Source: Paraspadella gotoi
Lineage: Eukaryota > Animalia > Chaetognatha
DNA length: 64,000 bases
Direction: 5' to 3'
Assembly: GCA_051294375.1 (NCBI GenBank)
Contig: CM119264.1
Coordinates: 129,846-193,845 of the forward strand
Below, piece after piece: positions 40,277 through 53,965 of the stretch. The notes under the pieces were generated by a model, which saw only the letters and a list, made by a program, of their open reading frames with translations, was not told where the DNA came from and did no database searches. The first letter of the stretch is position 1, and the number at the start of each line of letters is the position of its first letter. Made by a program: the position numbers and the translations under genes.

Positions 40277-41490
40277 AACGAATGAATAATTCATATAAAA
40301 TATTAACACGAAAACATTAAAACCTTTCGAGTTGAGGTTAGAAATGGCTAACGGTCTCTCGCTATCGGTTCTCGACTGGAAAAAAGTTTAAGATTTACGC
40401 GAAGTTTAATATCCTTTTTAGTCACTGACCACGTAGACCTTACGGTCACCAGATCACTCAGTAAATGAGGCCATAATTCTTTATAATGTTGTTTTAGTTT
40501 GAACTTTTAACTCATATTTCATATCATATTTAAATATCACTGCTTTTTTATAAGCACAGGACTCTTAAATCCTGGGGTATGGTTCGAAGCCCCACATTGG
40601 GCGCCACTGAAGAAGAAGACGTATATCGCAACGGTAATGTTTATTGAGGAAAAAGTCCTAGGCCGGAATATATTTAGAAAAACTGGAAGTTAGTAGAGCT
40701 CGAGATCGCGGAGACTGGACTAAAAAGGGACGGATCATCGGAGAGGGAGAGGGAGAGGAGGATGAGGATCGAGGATGACATTAAAAAATTCAGAGAGAAA
40801 ATATTTACTAAGGTAACAATAAATATATTTTGAATATATTTTTTTAAAAATTAAAATAACGTGAAATAAGTATTTGATTTTATTAAATTTGTTTTATCTT
40901 CAGTATTATTTATTTAGTTATTTATTTATTATGTGGGTACATTTGTACATCGTATACATTCAGAATAAGGGGTGAATTTCTTCTGCCCCACTCGCCGGAT
41001 TATATATATATATATATATATATATCAGATTTTCGATGGGATTTAATTGAGAGCTTTCGGGAAAAAACATATTATTTAGACAAAAAGAAATAATTTTATA
41101 AATTTAATTGTATCGAGACGTCTTTTTTAAATTTTATAGAGAAAACAAAGTTAATTTTTGTTTCGGCTCTATTTTTCCGATATTGCACTGGATATCATGA
41201 TTATTAATAGTAAGAAAAGAAAATGAAATCGCCGACCGAAATCTTTAAAATTCAATGACTAGAAATTATTTTCTTTCTTTGTTCAAACGCCGGTCACAAA
41301 ACTTTAATTAATTTGGAAATCTGTTTAGAATTGTTTTGTTGAAAGATGAAACCAAAGTTGTTTTCTCTCTTTTCTCGCCTTATAAAAATGAACTCCGCTT
41401 TGACAATTAGCCAATTCGATTCCATTTGCTTTTTTATCTTTTAATTATAATATTTAAATATTGTTTAATTAATTTTAATTAATGAATTAC

Positions 41491-41604
41491 CTTAACTTTG
41501 ACGAGTCGATTCTGTCCACGATGACGACGGCGATGAAAAGACGATGGATCGAGGAGAGCAGAAGTTGCCAGAGACAGGAGTCGTGGAGATTTGTGTCTTT
41601 GCCA
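41491..41604 (-). pseudogene. Duplicate of IgSF exon 51615-51726, 2 nt longer
   Basis: Same splice sites, but 114 nt instead of 112 (two 1-bp insertions), which breaks phase with the next exon. Confidence 0.6.
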
Positions 41605-41605
41605 C

Positions 41606-41655
<50 letters not shown>

Positions 41656-41762
41656 GAGAGACGGAGTGAGAGGGTTGGAAGAAAGGAGGAGAAAGTGTAA
41701 AAAAAGAGATTGAGGAAGAGCGACAGAAAAAAAGAAAGATAGACAGACAAAACGATACTATA

Positions 41763-41941
41763 CAGGGAGGTCCAGCTCTAATGGGAATAACTTTCAAGTG
41801 CTTAAAGCACAAAAACGGTTTATGATAGAAGAAACAAACGATTATATTTGGGAAACGAGGCTAAATTTTCTAATTTTCATAGGATATTTTTTTTTACCAT
41901 CCGATTATTTAACTTAGTCCTCAAAGAACTGGACCTCCCTG
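41763..41941. mobile_element. Tc1/mariner-type MITE (duplicate 51935-52115)
   Basis: TA|CAGGGAGGTCCAG...CTGGACCTCCCTG|TA; 179 bp; intronic. Confidence 0.85.
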
Positions 41942-41986
41942 TAGATTATTCAATCTTTTCTTAATTATTCTTTTTTAATTACTTAC

Positions 41987-42068
41987 CTAAGAAACATAAT
42001 AGAATTTCCTGTTACGTTCACCACTCGTAAAAAGCCTTCTTCTCTATAAATGATTTTCCACGTCAAAT
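41987..42068 (-). CDS. Duplicate of IgSF exon 52162-52243
   Basis: Same 82-nt sequence and splice sites, inside the 10-kb duplication. Confidence 0.55.
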
Positions 42069-42132
42069 CTGAAAAGGAAAAGTTATTCCGTTTCAATTTC
42101 TCTCTTCTCTCTCTCTCTCTTTCTTCTTTCCT

Positions 42133-42167
<35 letters not shown>

Positions 42168-42641
42168 TTGTTTGTTTTTGGATGTCTATGCAGTCGTCTC
42201 TCTCTCCTGTCTCCATCTTTTTTCTTTCCTCCTCCCCTCTCTCTATCTCGCTCTCTCTCCCCCTGCTCCTCTCTTCCCTCTCACTCCTCTCCCTCTCTCT
42301 CTCCCTCTCTCTCTCCATCTTGTTTGTTTTGGCGTCTTTCCTGTCATATGGCATAATTGAGTGGCGGTCGGATTGAGATTTATGGGTATGATGCGCAGGG
42401 GGAGGCGAAGGATAGAAGGGAGTAAGTCGTCAGTGTTTGATGGTAAGAGTTATTGACCTTTTAGGTTGTTGGTCAGAAAATATAAGTAGTTTTGAAATCA
42501 ATGCCGAGTTTAATAGCAATATATTATACGTTACTCTGGCAAGTTTTAGCCAAATAAAAACGTTAGACTTTCTTGGAATATAAAATATATTATTTTTTTT
42601 TGAAAGATAATAAATCAAATTTAAATATCGGATTGTATTTT

Positions 42642-43435
42642 GATATATTTTCAAAAAACGCCATATACTTAACCTCAATAATTAACCTAATCTCTAACCC
42701 CTAATCCCTAACCTAATCTCTACCTAATCCCTAACCTAATCCCTAACCGAAATATCTAACCTAATCCCTAGCCTTATCCCTAACCCTAATCTCTAACCTA
42801 ATCCCTAACCTTAATCCATAACCTAATAATTTAACCGAATCTCTAACCTAATCTCTAACTAATCCTAATCCTAATCCCTAACCTAATCCTCTAACCTAAT
42901 CCCTAACCTAATCCCTAACCGAATATCTAACCTAATCCCTAGCCTTATCCCTAACCCTAATCTCTAACCTAATCCATAACCTAATATTTAACCGAATCTC
43001 TAACCTAATTTCTAACCCTAATTTCTAACCTCAGAAGGTACGAGTCGCTCTAGTTAGTTTTTACATGATATACAATATTAAGACTAAACATCCAAACAAG
43101 CTGTTACAGACGGACCCAAAACTGTTTCTTCAAAAAAACGATTCTGCTCTTTTTTATGAGAGTGTCCGATTTCTGTTCGTTTATCCTAGAAATTTGATTT
43201 TAATACTTAACATAAATATGATTTAAAACTTATAAACCATTATTTAATTCTTAACCATAACCCTGAGCTATTGACCTCAAATACTATTATTATTTAACAA
43301 ATCCTTAATCACTAATTTTAATAATTAATCCAATCCCTTGCCTCAATCTATCATCTATCATCTACCAATCTTTAATACAAACAATTAAATTAATTTCGAA
43401 ATAAAGTAAAATAGGGCGTTCTGGAAAATAAAGCC
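42642..43435. mobile_element. TIR element with long telomere-like interior (duplicate ~52818-53611)
   Basis: Ends tattttcaaaaaacgcc / gggcgttctggaaaata; about 350 bp of cctaatccctaa/cctaatctctaa repeats inside. Confidence 0.55.
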
Positions 43436-45924
43436 GACTTTTCCGGGGTAAACAAGAACGTTACTTGCGCAATCTACGAAAATCAGTTTCGCCCCCTTTT
43501 CCGCGTTATTCAGATATGACGTTTTCGACTTTCATGTTGTTTGTTGTTGTCGTTGTTTATGATGTATCTGTTTTAGTTTAACCCATTTTAAGAAATATGA
43601 CATTTATGTTACTATTAAAAAAACTAAACTAAAAAAACCGGTTATTTTTCCAATACTCTTTTTCATAAACCTTTTTTTTGGACAGCCCTGTATTTGCGTT
43701 TATTGATTATTTTATTCGTTTCGTAGAATATTTTATTTCTCCCATTTCAATATCTCTCTCTCTCTCTCTCTCTCTGCTTTCTCTCTTTCTCTCTTTTCTC
43801 TCTCTCTCTTTCTTTTCTTTCTTTCTTTCTCTCTCTCTCTCTCTTCTATTTTTTTTTCCAGATGCTTTTGTTGTAGTCGAATTCACTGGATAATTTTTCA
43901 ACAGAAATTTAGAATTTGTTATTCGTTTTTTTAAGTTATAAATGTTTTATCTTTTAATAATTACTTTCCGCTCTACAATGTGCCCATGTCAGATAGAGAG
44001 CTTTAGTGAAACGTCTAACGTCTTAAGCTTGCGTTGATAAAGTCAGTCCCCGCTGCACATTTGATAAAACAGGCAGCCAATGGGCAAGTGGTTAAGAGAA
44101 TTAATTAATTAATTAATTAATTAATTAATTAATTAATTAATTAATTAGTTAAAATTCACATGAAAATTTTACTGGAAAATAAAGATGACGAAGAATTTAA
44201 ATATTTAATGCTTAATGCACCTTCATGATTTATTTATTTAATGTTCGGAAGATTATAGCTTTATTTTTGTGATAAATTTTTCGCGGAATATTCGGTAATT
44301 TAAAAGCGCAAAAACTTGCTATGTACAATATGTGTAAAAGCGCTAAATTGGTTATACGCAACTTGTTTAAGCCCCTCACGCTTCCACAGGGTAGTTACCA
44401 TTGGAGATCGATCCTGATACCTGATGGTCATGAGCTGATGCATTAATCAATGAGCCAATGGATCACGACTGAAGATATCATGATTATAGGCATTGTGAAC
44501 TTAATAGCAATGCCCGACTAACAAATATAAGGGTTAGGGTTATGGATTGATTATCAGGAATTCGTAGAGTATTAATTTTTAGGATTAACGTCAGAGATTA
44601 ATTAGGCTAAAAGATTATTTTGAGGCTTTGCTTAATAGATTTGCTTAATAGATTTGGTTATGAATTAGGGCTAATTAAAGATAAGCGATGTTACTCTTTC
44701 ATGAAATAATTCTCCCATTGCCTCCATTAGATCAAACAATCCACTCCACTGATCACTCCACTAACCCCTTATAAACTCCTTCAACCCTCTCTTGATCAAG
44801 TGGAACGTAAACTAAAAAAATAAAAACCTCAGCTGTTGTTTATGTTTCTCAATAAAAAAACCTCGAGTTTTTTTTTCAAAACGCGAAGTAAAAAAAAGGA
44901 GTTTTTACGATGGCACCATAATTCTTTGCACCATAGAATAAAGAAAAAAGAAACTTTTTTTTCTTTTCTGAGAAATAAAAAGAACAAGGTAGGTTATATA
45001 TGATTGTTGCGCCTAATGACTTTTATTTATTTGTATACGCATTACGACATAAAATTATTATTTCATTTAATAAATAAGCTATATTGTCCCCTGTTTCCTG
45101 TTTATATCATAGTCTTTTTTTTTTCGAAAAACCAAACAAACTATTTACAAAATGAATTGAATATCTCATAAAAATTTAATTACATTAAATTTTTGGTCAT
45201 TTAATTATATTTTAGTGATTCATGTGGACTGGAATCATATATGAAAAGGATGTGTATTAAATATCTCACTATACTTCAACCTTTTTTTCTAAAATTTTAT
45301 TTAAAATGCATTATATATTATCTAAATTATAAATGACTTTAAAACGTTTAATTAAGGCAGACAAAGACAAATTGAGGGACACGAACCGACCAAAAAACTC
45401 TGCGAGCAGAGATCTTCGCCGGCGCAAGTTGAAAGATAATTCCCGGCGTGAAAATGACGCGAGGTTCGTAAAGTCAACTTGTGAAGTGAAAGAGAGGAAA
45501 TATATCGGCAAAAGACCGGAATTAATAGACGACCGAGAAAATAGCGCCGAATAAAAAATAAATGGAAAGATAGTAGTTCGTTCCTCAGACAAAAAATATA
45601 AAAATCAAAATGACAGACCCGCACTGTCATTGTGCTGCTAATAAGGACACGCAATGGTCAATAACTGCTGCTAATAAAGAACCCCACACTGTCAAACTGC
45701 TGCTAAATAAAAAAAACCGCTCTGTCAAACTGCAGCAAAGAGGACCCGTACTGTTCAATTGAAATTATTAATATAAATATCAATACTTGGAAGATGTTGA
45801 AGCACAAAAATATAAATTACTGAATCAAAGACGGGAAAGCGGGAGTCATGTTTGGAGAACCAGCCATGAGGCCATGAAGAGAGAGAGAGAGAGAGAGAGA
45901 GACGAGATAGAGAGAGAGAGAGAG

Positions 45925-45955
<31 letters not shown>

Positions 45956-48150
45956 TTCTATCCTTAAAGACAAATGAGTCAGTCTTAATTTGGGATTTCA
46001 CGAATTCAATTTGGGTAGTTTGAAGCCATTTACAGCTCAATACTCAATGTAAATTAATGTAAATTAATGTAAATTATGTAGAATTAAACTAATAGACTGC
46101 GCCAAGTGTAAAAACATTTAAGACTGAAAGAGTCAAAGAGAGATAGATATCTCTTGCGGTCTTTCTTGACTATTTTCTTCAGTTTCTTCCCACCAATGTT
46201 TCCTTTACACTTTTTAATGTTTTTTCTCGCCCTCAATTTTTCCCCTTCAGCGAAAAAAGTAATTTTTTGCGAAAAAAAATATTGCCGTAACTTCTATCCT
46301 CATGCTTTTTCGGTCCCATTTGCCTTTTTTGTCTTCATTGCTTTTTTCCCTACAATTGCTTTTCTGACTTCATTGCTTTCTTCCTCTCATGCTTTTTCTG
46401 TCTTCAATTTGCTTTTTCTGCCCTCATGCTTTTCTGTCTTCATCGCTTTTTCTGTCCCAATTGCTTTTCTGTCTTCATATGTTTTTCTGCCTTCATTGCC
46501 TTCTGACTTCATTGCTTTTTCTCTCTCTCAATTGCTTTTCTGTCTTCATTGGCTTGTCTCTGGGTCCTCAATTGCTTTTCTGTCTTTCATTTACTTTTTC
46601 ATCTCTCTCTTTTTTTTTTTTTCTTCTTTTTCTTTTCTTTTTCTTTTTCTTTTTCGTCCCCCAAAATCGAAAAAGCGTTTCTACAGATTTTCGATTTGTT
46701 TTGCTCATGTTTCATTAAATATTCGTTTGTTTTTATTCTTGTTTTTATACTTTACTTTTAATTTTTGAATAAGTTATTTCTGTTTAACATATTTTACCGT
46801 TTACTCTTTCTTTTTTCCACCTTTGCTTTTTTTCAGATTTGTTTTGCTCTTTCATCCCTTTGATATTTCCTTCTCCTTTTTCTTATTACGCATTTCTGCT
46901 CTGACCAATTGCTTCATTCCTCATTACCCAAAGCAATTACGTTTCAAAACCCCGTTATTCTTTAATCTTTGCTTTTTTTTCTTTACCGCTTTTGAAATCA
47001 TTGCTTTATGATTGCTTTCATGTTTCATACCTTTTATCTTTGTTAGCTTTGGTAATTGAGCTTAATGAAAAAAACAAATTACTGTCTTCTTAACTATTCT
47101 TTTCCTTCTTGTTATATTCTTACAGTTTAATTTATAAATAAATAGCGATTCCATTACTGTTTCCATTTCTGTTTCCATTACTGTTTCTATTACTGTTTCT
47201 ATTACTGTTTCCGTTACTTTTTCCATTATTTCTTCCATTATCGTTTTCTCGGTTCAGCAAATCCACTTCTCATAGAAAAATCAATTTACTTGGTTAATCG
47301 TCCCTTTTGTTGCTCCACTTTGCGTCATTTCGCCATTTGGGACGACATCATTTTACAAGTCAGCGCTACATAATTTTGTCAGTTGGTGCTACATCAGCTT
47401 GCCCGTCGGCGCAACATCATTTTGCCAGTAGGTGCTACATCATTTTGCCAGTTGGTACTGCATCATTTTTTCAGTCGGCGCTACATCATTTTGCCCGTCA
47501 AAAATACATCATTTTACCAACCGGTGCTACATTATTTTGCCATTCGGTTCTAAGTCATTTTGACAGTTTATGCTACATAATTTTGCCTGTCTACCTTTAT
47601 CATTTTGCCAGTTTTTGTGACCTGGGAAGATGGGTATCTAGCTAAAGGTAGGTACTAACTAGTCTCTCATCAGGGAAAAGAGGTAAGTAGGGTAAGTATG
47701 TAATGGTAATAGGGAAAACAGATATAACAAAGGGTATCAAGGGTCCATAAAAGGGAGAGAAGGGAGAGGGAAGGTTTGCAGACCCCGAGACCGAGAGGAA
47801 GAAGTTGAGAGAGTGAGTCCGATCTCCAAGACTTTATCCGTGACTCGGGGATGAAGAGGAGGGGACGGCGGAGGGAGAGGAGGGCGTTGAGAGGGGGAAG
47901 AGAAGGCCCGGGGGAGAGAGGTTCTGGCGGTTAGGGTGAGCCTCTATCTTGGTGACATCATTTTTCATTCACGCTCATCATTTTTGCCAGTCAGCGCTAC
48001 AATCATTTTGCCAGTCAGCGCTACATCATTTTGCAAGTTTGTTGCTACATGATTTTGCCGAGACTCAATTTCGTAGCTTCGCTTGACATCTATGATGAAA
48101 GATCACGAAAAAAAACCATAGCTTCGCTTGGATTCACTCGCTCTCTCTCC

Positions 48151-48219
<69 letters not shown>

Positions 48220-48335
48220 GCACGCAATCCATGAACCGTCTTTCTCCCTTTTCATTAATTCTCTCCCGATATCACATCATTTTCGGGTGTTTGGTTTTGG
48301 AACAATATTCCGACTCATATTGGACTCATATCTAT

Positions 48336-48419
<84 letters not shown>

Positions 48420-50290
48420 GCTTCTCTCTCTCTCTTGCGGTCCTGAGAGTCGTCGATCCACGAACGATTAAACGCGGGGAATACTGTACACGGTGTTTGG
48501 GGGGAAAGAAGAATATTTTTAGTTAATTTTTTTGAATGCATTTAGAATAGTATAAAATCTAAAGAACAACAAAAGCATTAATTAAAACATTTTTGAGAAA
48601 ATATATTTTAAATTATAATAAAAGAATTAACATTGATAACAATCTTAATTCCACAGTTATTTGAAGTCAATTTTAATTTAGCTGGATTTTTTTATCAATG
48701 AAAAAGTTATTTTGATAAATTCTAATTTATGAAAAAAAAATTCCTTCTATCAGTAAGTCAGTGAGTAACATCTTATAAAATATTAATATTAAACTAAACT
48801 AAATAGTTTCCTTTCCAAAGCAATAACCCTGTACCCTTTTTTACCCCGAGTCTTTAAAGGATGGGAAATTAACTGAGTTTTTCTCTTGGATCGATTCGTC
48901 CAATAACTCAAAAAAAAAAGAAAAAAAAAGAAAGAGCAGTCGTATTCCCGGCGGCCGCACGCAATTTTAACTTACCCATTGTTTCGCTTTACTCGTCCTT
49001 ACTTTTCCTTACTTTTATTTAACTCCTTTCGTCTTAATATACGAGATTCAGTTTTGCTTCTACTTGTCATATTTCCCTTTTTTTCACCTCATTACACACC
49101 ATAACCTTCTCATTTTAACGCCCTATTTTTCAACTTCATACCTCCCCTTAAATTATAACTTCATACCTTCCCTCATTCATTCTCTTTTAACTTGATACAG
49201 TCCCTTGTTTTTAAACTTCTTACCTCTCCTTACCCTTAAGCTTTTAACTTCATACCTTCCCACATCTCTTCTCCTTCAACTTCATACTTTCCTCCTCTTT
49301 TATCTCGATACCTTCCCCTCTCCTTTCTCCTTCATTCCTTTCTCTACTCCATTCACTTTTAACTTCATACCTTCCCCTGCTCCTTCTAATTATACTTTAT
49401 ATCTTCCCCTGCTCCTTCTAATTATACTTCATACCTTCCCCTGCTCCTTCTAATTCTACTTCATACCTTCCACTGCTCCTTTTAATTCTTCCTCATACCT
49501 TCCCCTGTTCCTTCTAATACTACCTAACTTCCTTCTTCTCCCACTTCATACCTTCTTTCATTCCTCACCTTTTAACTCACCCTTCGGTCATTAACTCATT
49601 TCCTCACTTCCTTTCCCTCCTTTTTTATTTTCGAAAAAATTTTATTGTCGCGATTCTTTATTTCCATTTTTTTAGTTGCGCCGCGAGTACTCGCGGAGCA
49701 ACTCTGCGAGACACTTGGGGGTCGGTCGGTCAGTCGGTTGGTCGGTCAGTCTGTGTATCTGTCTGCCTTCAGCGCGAGAAGGGGGATCTGATAGCTTCCC
49801 GAAGTCCCGTGATTGAGTTGCCTCCTCATTTGGATGGAATTGCTTGACTTTGTCCCCTGATCTCTTTTTTTCTATTTTCCCTTTTTGTTTGTATTTATCG
49901 TTAACATATGAACCTTTTGACACCATTCCAGTAATTATTTGTTTTCTATGTTTTCTTTCCAAAAAAAAAAAACTCAGGTAATAATTTATCAATTTAGTTC
50001 ATATTTGGTTTGAAAGTGAGTTAAAATAATTTGATTGGCATATGTGTATTGTATTAAAAAAATATGAGTAACTGGTAGCGCTATATTTTGTTTTTAAAGA
50101 TATCATATAAATCATATAAAAAAAATAAAAGATTGAATCCCAATGCAGTATGTTTCATAGTAATAGTAGTCACATAATCACACTGAAAGTCAGTCACTGC
50201 CGCGCAACACATCGGAATCACCGTTCTTGTTTTTTTAAAATTCCTATTTAATATTTATCTCTTTAATTTGCTTTTTTCAATTTTCTTTAA

Positions 50291-50359
<69 letters not shown>

Positions 50360-50639
50360 AGGTGAACGAATGAATAATTCATATAAAATATTAACACGAA
50401 AACATTAAAACCTTTCGAGTTGAGGTTAGAAATGGCTAACGGTCTCTCGCTATCGGTTCTCGACTGGAAAAAGTTTAAGATTTACGCGAAGTTTAATATC
50501 CTTTTTTAGTCACATGACCACGTAGACCTACGGTCACCAGATCACTCAGTAAATGAGGCATAATTCTTATAATGTTGTTTTAGTTGAAACTTTTAACATC
50601 ATATTTCATATCATATTTAAATATCACTGCTTTTTTATA

Positions 50640-50693
50640 AGCACAGGACTCTTAATCCTGGGGTCATGGGTTCGAGCCCCACATTGGGCGCCA
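50640..50693 (+). pseudogene. 5'-truncated tRNA-Lys(CTT) copy ending in CCA (noisier duplicate 40553-40606)
   Basis: AGCACAGGACTCTTAATCCTGGGGTCATGGGTTCGAGCCCCACATTGGGCGCCA: anticodon stem CAGGA/TCCTG, anticodon CTT, T-loop TTCGAGC; the 5' acceptor strand and most of the D arm are missing. Confidence 0.9.
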
Positions 50694-50694
50694 C

Positions 50695-50869
50695 TGAAGA
50701 AGAAGACGTATATCGCAACGGTAATGTTTATTGAGGAAAAGTCCCTAGCCGGAATAATGTTAGAAAAGACTGGAAGTTAGTAGAACTCGAGGCTCGCAGA
50801 GACTGGACTAAAAAGGGACGGATCATCGGGAGAGGGAGGGGAAGAGGAGGATGAGGATCGAGGATGACA
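50695..50869 (-). mobile_element. Short LTR-like sequence abutting a tRNA-Lys PBS (duplicate 40608-40780)
   Basis: Minus strand reads TGTCA...AATAAA...CTTCA, one base, then TGGCGCCCAA, the canonical Lys PBS start. Confidence 0.6.
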
Positions 50870-51085
50870 TTAAAAAACTTCAGAGAGAAATATTTTACTA
50901 AGGTAACAATAAATATATTTTGAATATATTTTTTTTAAAAATTAAAATAACGTGAAATAAAGTATTTGATTTGATAAATTTGTTTTATCTTCAGTATTAT
51001 TTATTTAGTTATTTACTTATTATGTGGGTACATTTGTACATCGTATACATTCAGATAAGGGGTGAATTTCTTCTGCCCCACTCGC

Positions 51086-51147
<62 letters not shown>

Positions 51148-51614
51148 GATTTTCGATGGGATTTAATTGAGAGCTTTCGGGAAAAACATATTATTTAGAC
51201 AAAATTAAATAATTTTATAAATTTAATTGTATCGAGACGTCTTTTTAAATTTTATAGAGAAAACAAAGTTAATTTTGTTTCGGCTCTATTTTCCGATATT
51301 GCACTGGAGATCATGATTATTAATAGTAAGAAAGAAAATGAAATCGCCGACCGAAATCTTTAAAAATTTCAATGACTAAGAAATTATTTTCTTTTCTTTG
51401 TTCAAACGCCGGTCACAAAAACTTTAATTAATTTGGAAATCTGTTTAGAATTGTTTTGTTGAAAGATGTAAACCAAAGTTGTTTTCTCTCTTTCTCTCGC
51501 CTTATAAAAATGAACTCCGCTTTGTACAATTAGCCAATTCGATTCCATTTGCTTGTTTTATCTTTTAATTATAATATTTAAATATTGTTTTAATTAATTT
51601 TAATTAATGATTAC

Positions 51615-51726
51615 CTTAACTTTGACGAGTCGATTCTGTCCACGATGACGACGGCGATGAAAAGACGATGGATCGAGGAGAGCAGAAGTTGCCAGAGACA
51701 GAGTCGTGGAGATTGTGTCTTTGCCA
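51615..51726 (-). CDS. IgSF membrane protein exon (Ig3 E strand and basic insert)
   Basis: (CT)n-cacag acceptor and AAG|gtaatc donor; 112 nt, phase 2-0: (S)[37 protein letters not shown]. Confidence 0.75.
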
Positions 51727-51727
51727 C

Positions 51728-51831
<104 letters not shown>

Positions 51832-52161
51832 GGAGTGAGAGGGTTGGGAAGAAAGGGAGGAGAAAGTGTAAAAAAAGAGATTGAGGAAGAGCGACAGAAA
51901 AAAAGAAAGATAGACAGACAAAAACGATACTATACAGGGAGGTCCAGCTCTAATGGGAATAACTTCAAGTGCTTAAAGCACAAAAACGGTTTATGATAGA
52001 AGAAACAAACGATTATATTTGGAAACGAGGCTAAATTTTCTAATTTTCATAGGATTATTTTTTTTTTACCCATCCGATTATTTAAACTTAGTCCTCAAAG
52101 AACTGGACCTCCCTGTAGATTATTCAATCTTTTCTTAATTATTCTTTTTTTAATTACTTAC

Positions 52162-52243
52162 CTAAGAAACATAATAGAATTTCCTGTTACGTTCACCACT
52201 CGTAAAAAGCCTTCTTCTCTATAAATGATTTTCCACGTCAAAT
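52162..52243 (-). CDS. IgSF membrane protein exon (Ig3 C-strand Trp)
   Basis: ttttccttttcag acceptor and AG|gtaagt donor; 82 nt, phase 1-2: (D)LTWKIIYREEGFLRVVNVTGNSIMFL. Confidence 0.8.
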
Positions 52244-52302
52244 CTGAAAAGGAAAAGTTATTCCGTTTCAATTTCTCTCTTCTCTCTCTCTCTCTTTTCT
52301 TC

Positions 52303-52344
<42 letters not shown>

Positions 52345-53926
52345 TTGTTTGTTTTTGGTGTCTATGCAGTCGTCTCTCTCTCCTGTCTCCATCTCTTTTT
52401 CTTCCTCCTCCCCTCTCTCTATCTCGCTCTCTCTCCCCCTGCTCCTTCTCTCCCTCTCACCCTCTCTCTCTCCCTCTCTCTCTCCATCTTGTTTGTTTTG
52501 GCGTCTTTCCTGTCATATGGCATAATTGAGTGGCGGTCGGATTGAGATTTATGGGTTATGATGCGCAGGGGGAGGCGAAGGATAGAAGGGAGTAAGTCGT
52601 CAGTGTGTTGATGGTCAAGAGTTATGACCTTTCAAGGTTGTTGGTCAGAAAATATAAAGTAGTTTTGAAATCAATGCCGAGTTTAATAGCAATATATTAT
52701 ACGTTACTCTGGCAAGTTTTAGCCAAATAAAAAACGTTAGACCTTTCTTGGAATAATAAAATATATATTTTTTTTGAAAGATAATAAATCAAATTTAAAT
52801 ATCGGATTGTATTTTGAGCAATATTTTTCAAAAACGCCATATACTTAACCTCAATAATTAACCTAATCTCTAACCTAATCCCTAACCTAATCTCTAACCT
52901 AATCCCTAACCTAATCCCTAACCGAATATCTAACCTAATCCCTAGCCTTATCCCTAACCCTAATCTCTAACCTAATCCCTAACCTAATCCATAACCTAAT
53001 ATTTAACCGAATCTCTAACCTAATCTCTAACCTAATCCCTAATCCTAATCCCTAACCTAATCTCTAACCTAATCCCTAACCTAATCCCTAACCGAATATC
53101 TAACCTAATCCCTAGCCTTATCCCTAACCCTAATCTCTAACCTTAATCCATAACCTAATATTTAACCGAATCTCTAACCTAATTTCTAACCCTAATTTCT
53201 AACCTCAGAAGGTACGAGTCGCTCTAGTTAGTTTTTTACAATGATATACAATATTAAGACTAAACATCCAAACAGCTGTTACAGACGGACCCAAACTGTT
53301 TCTTCAAAAAACGATTCTGCTCTTTTTTATGAGAGTGTCCGATTTCTGTTCGTTTATCCTAGAATTTGATTTTAAATACTTAACATAAATATGATTTAAA
53401 ACTTATAAACCATTATTTAATTCTTAACCATAACCCTGAGCTATGACCTCAAATACTATTATTATTTAACTAAATCCTTAATCACTAATTTTAATAATTA
53501 ATCCAATCCCTTGCTTCATCTATCATCTATCATCTACCTTAATCTTTAATACAAACAATTAAATTAATTTCGAAATAAAGATAAAATAGGGCGTTCTGGA
53601 AAAATAAAGCCGACTTTTCCCGGGGTAAACAAGAACGTTACTTGCGCCATCTACGAATCAGTTTCGCTCCCTTTTCGCGTTATTCAGATAAAAAAAATAT
53701 GACGTTTTCGACTTTCATGTTGTTGTTGTTGTTGTCGTTGTTTATGATGTATCTGTTTTAGTTTAACCCATTTTAAGAAATATGACATTTATGTACTATA
53801 AAAACTAACTAAAAAAACCGGTTATTTTTCCATACTCTTTTCATAAACCTTTTTTTTGGACAGCCCTGTATTGCGTTTATTGAATATTTTATTGGTTTCG
53901 TAGAATATTTTATTTCTCCCATTTCA

Positions 53927-53965
<39 letters not shown>

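Noticed and set aside
50640-50693. Functional tRNA-Lys gene
   Set aside because: The 5' third, including the A box, is missing and CCA is encoded.
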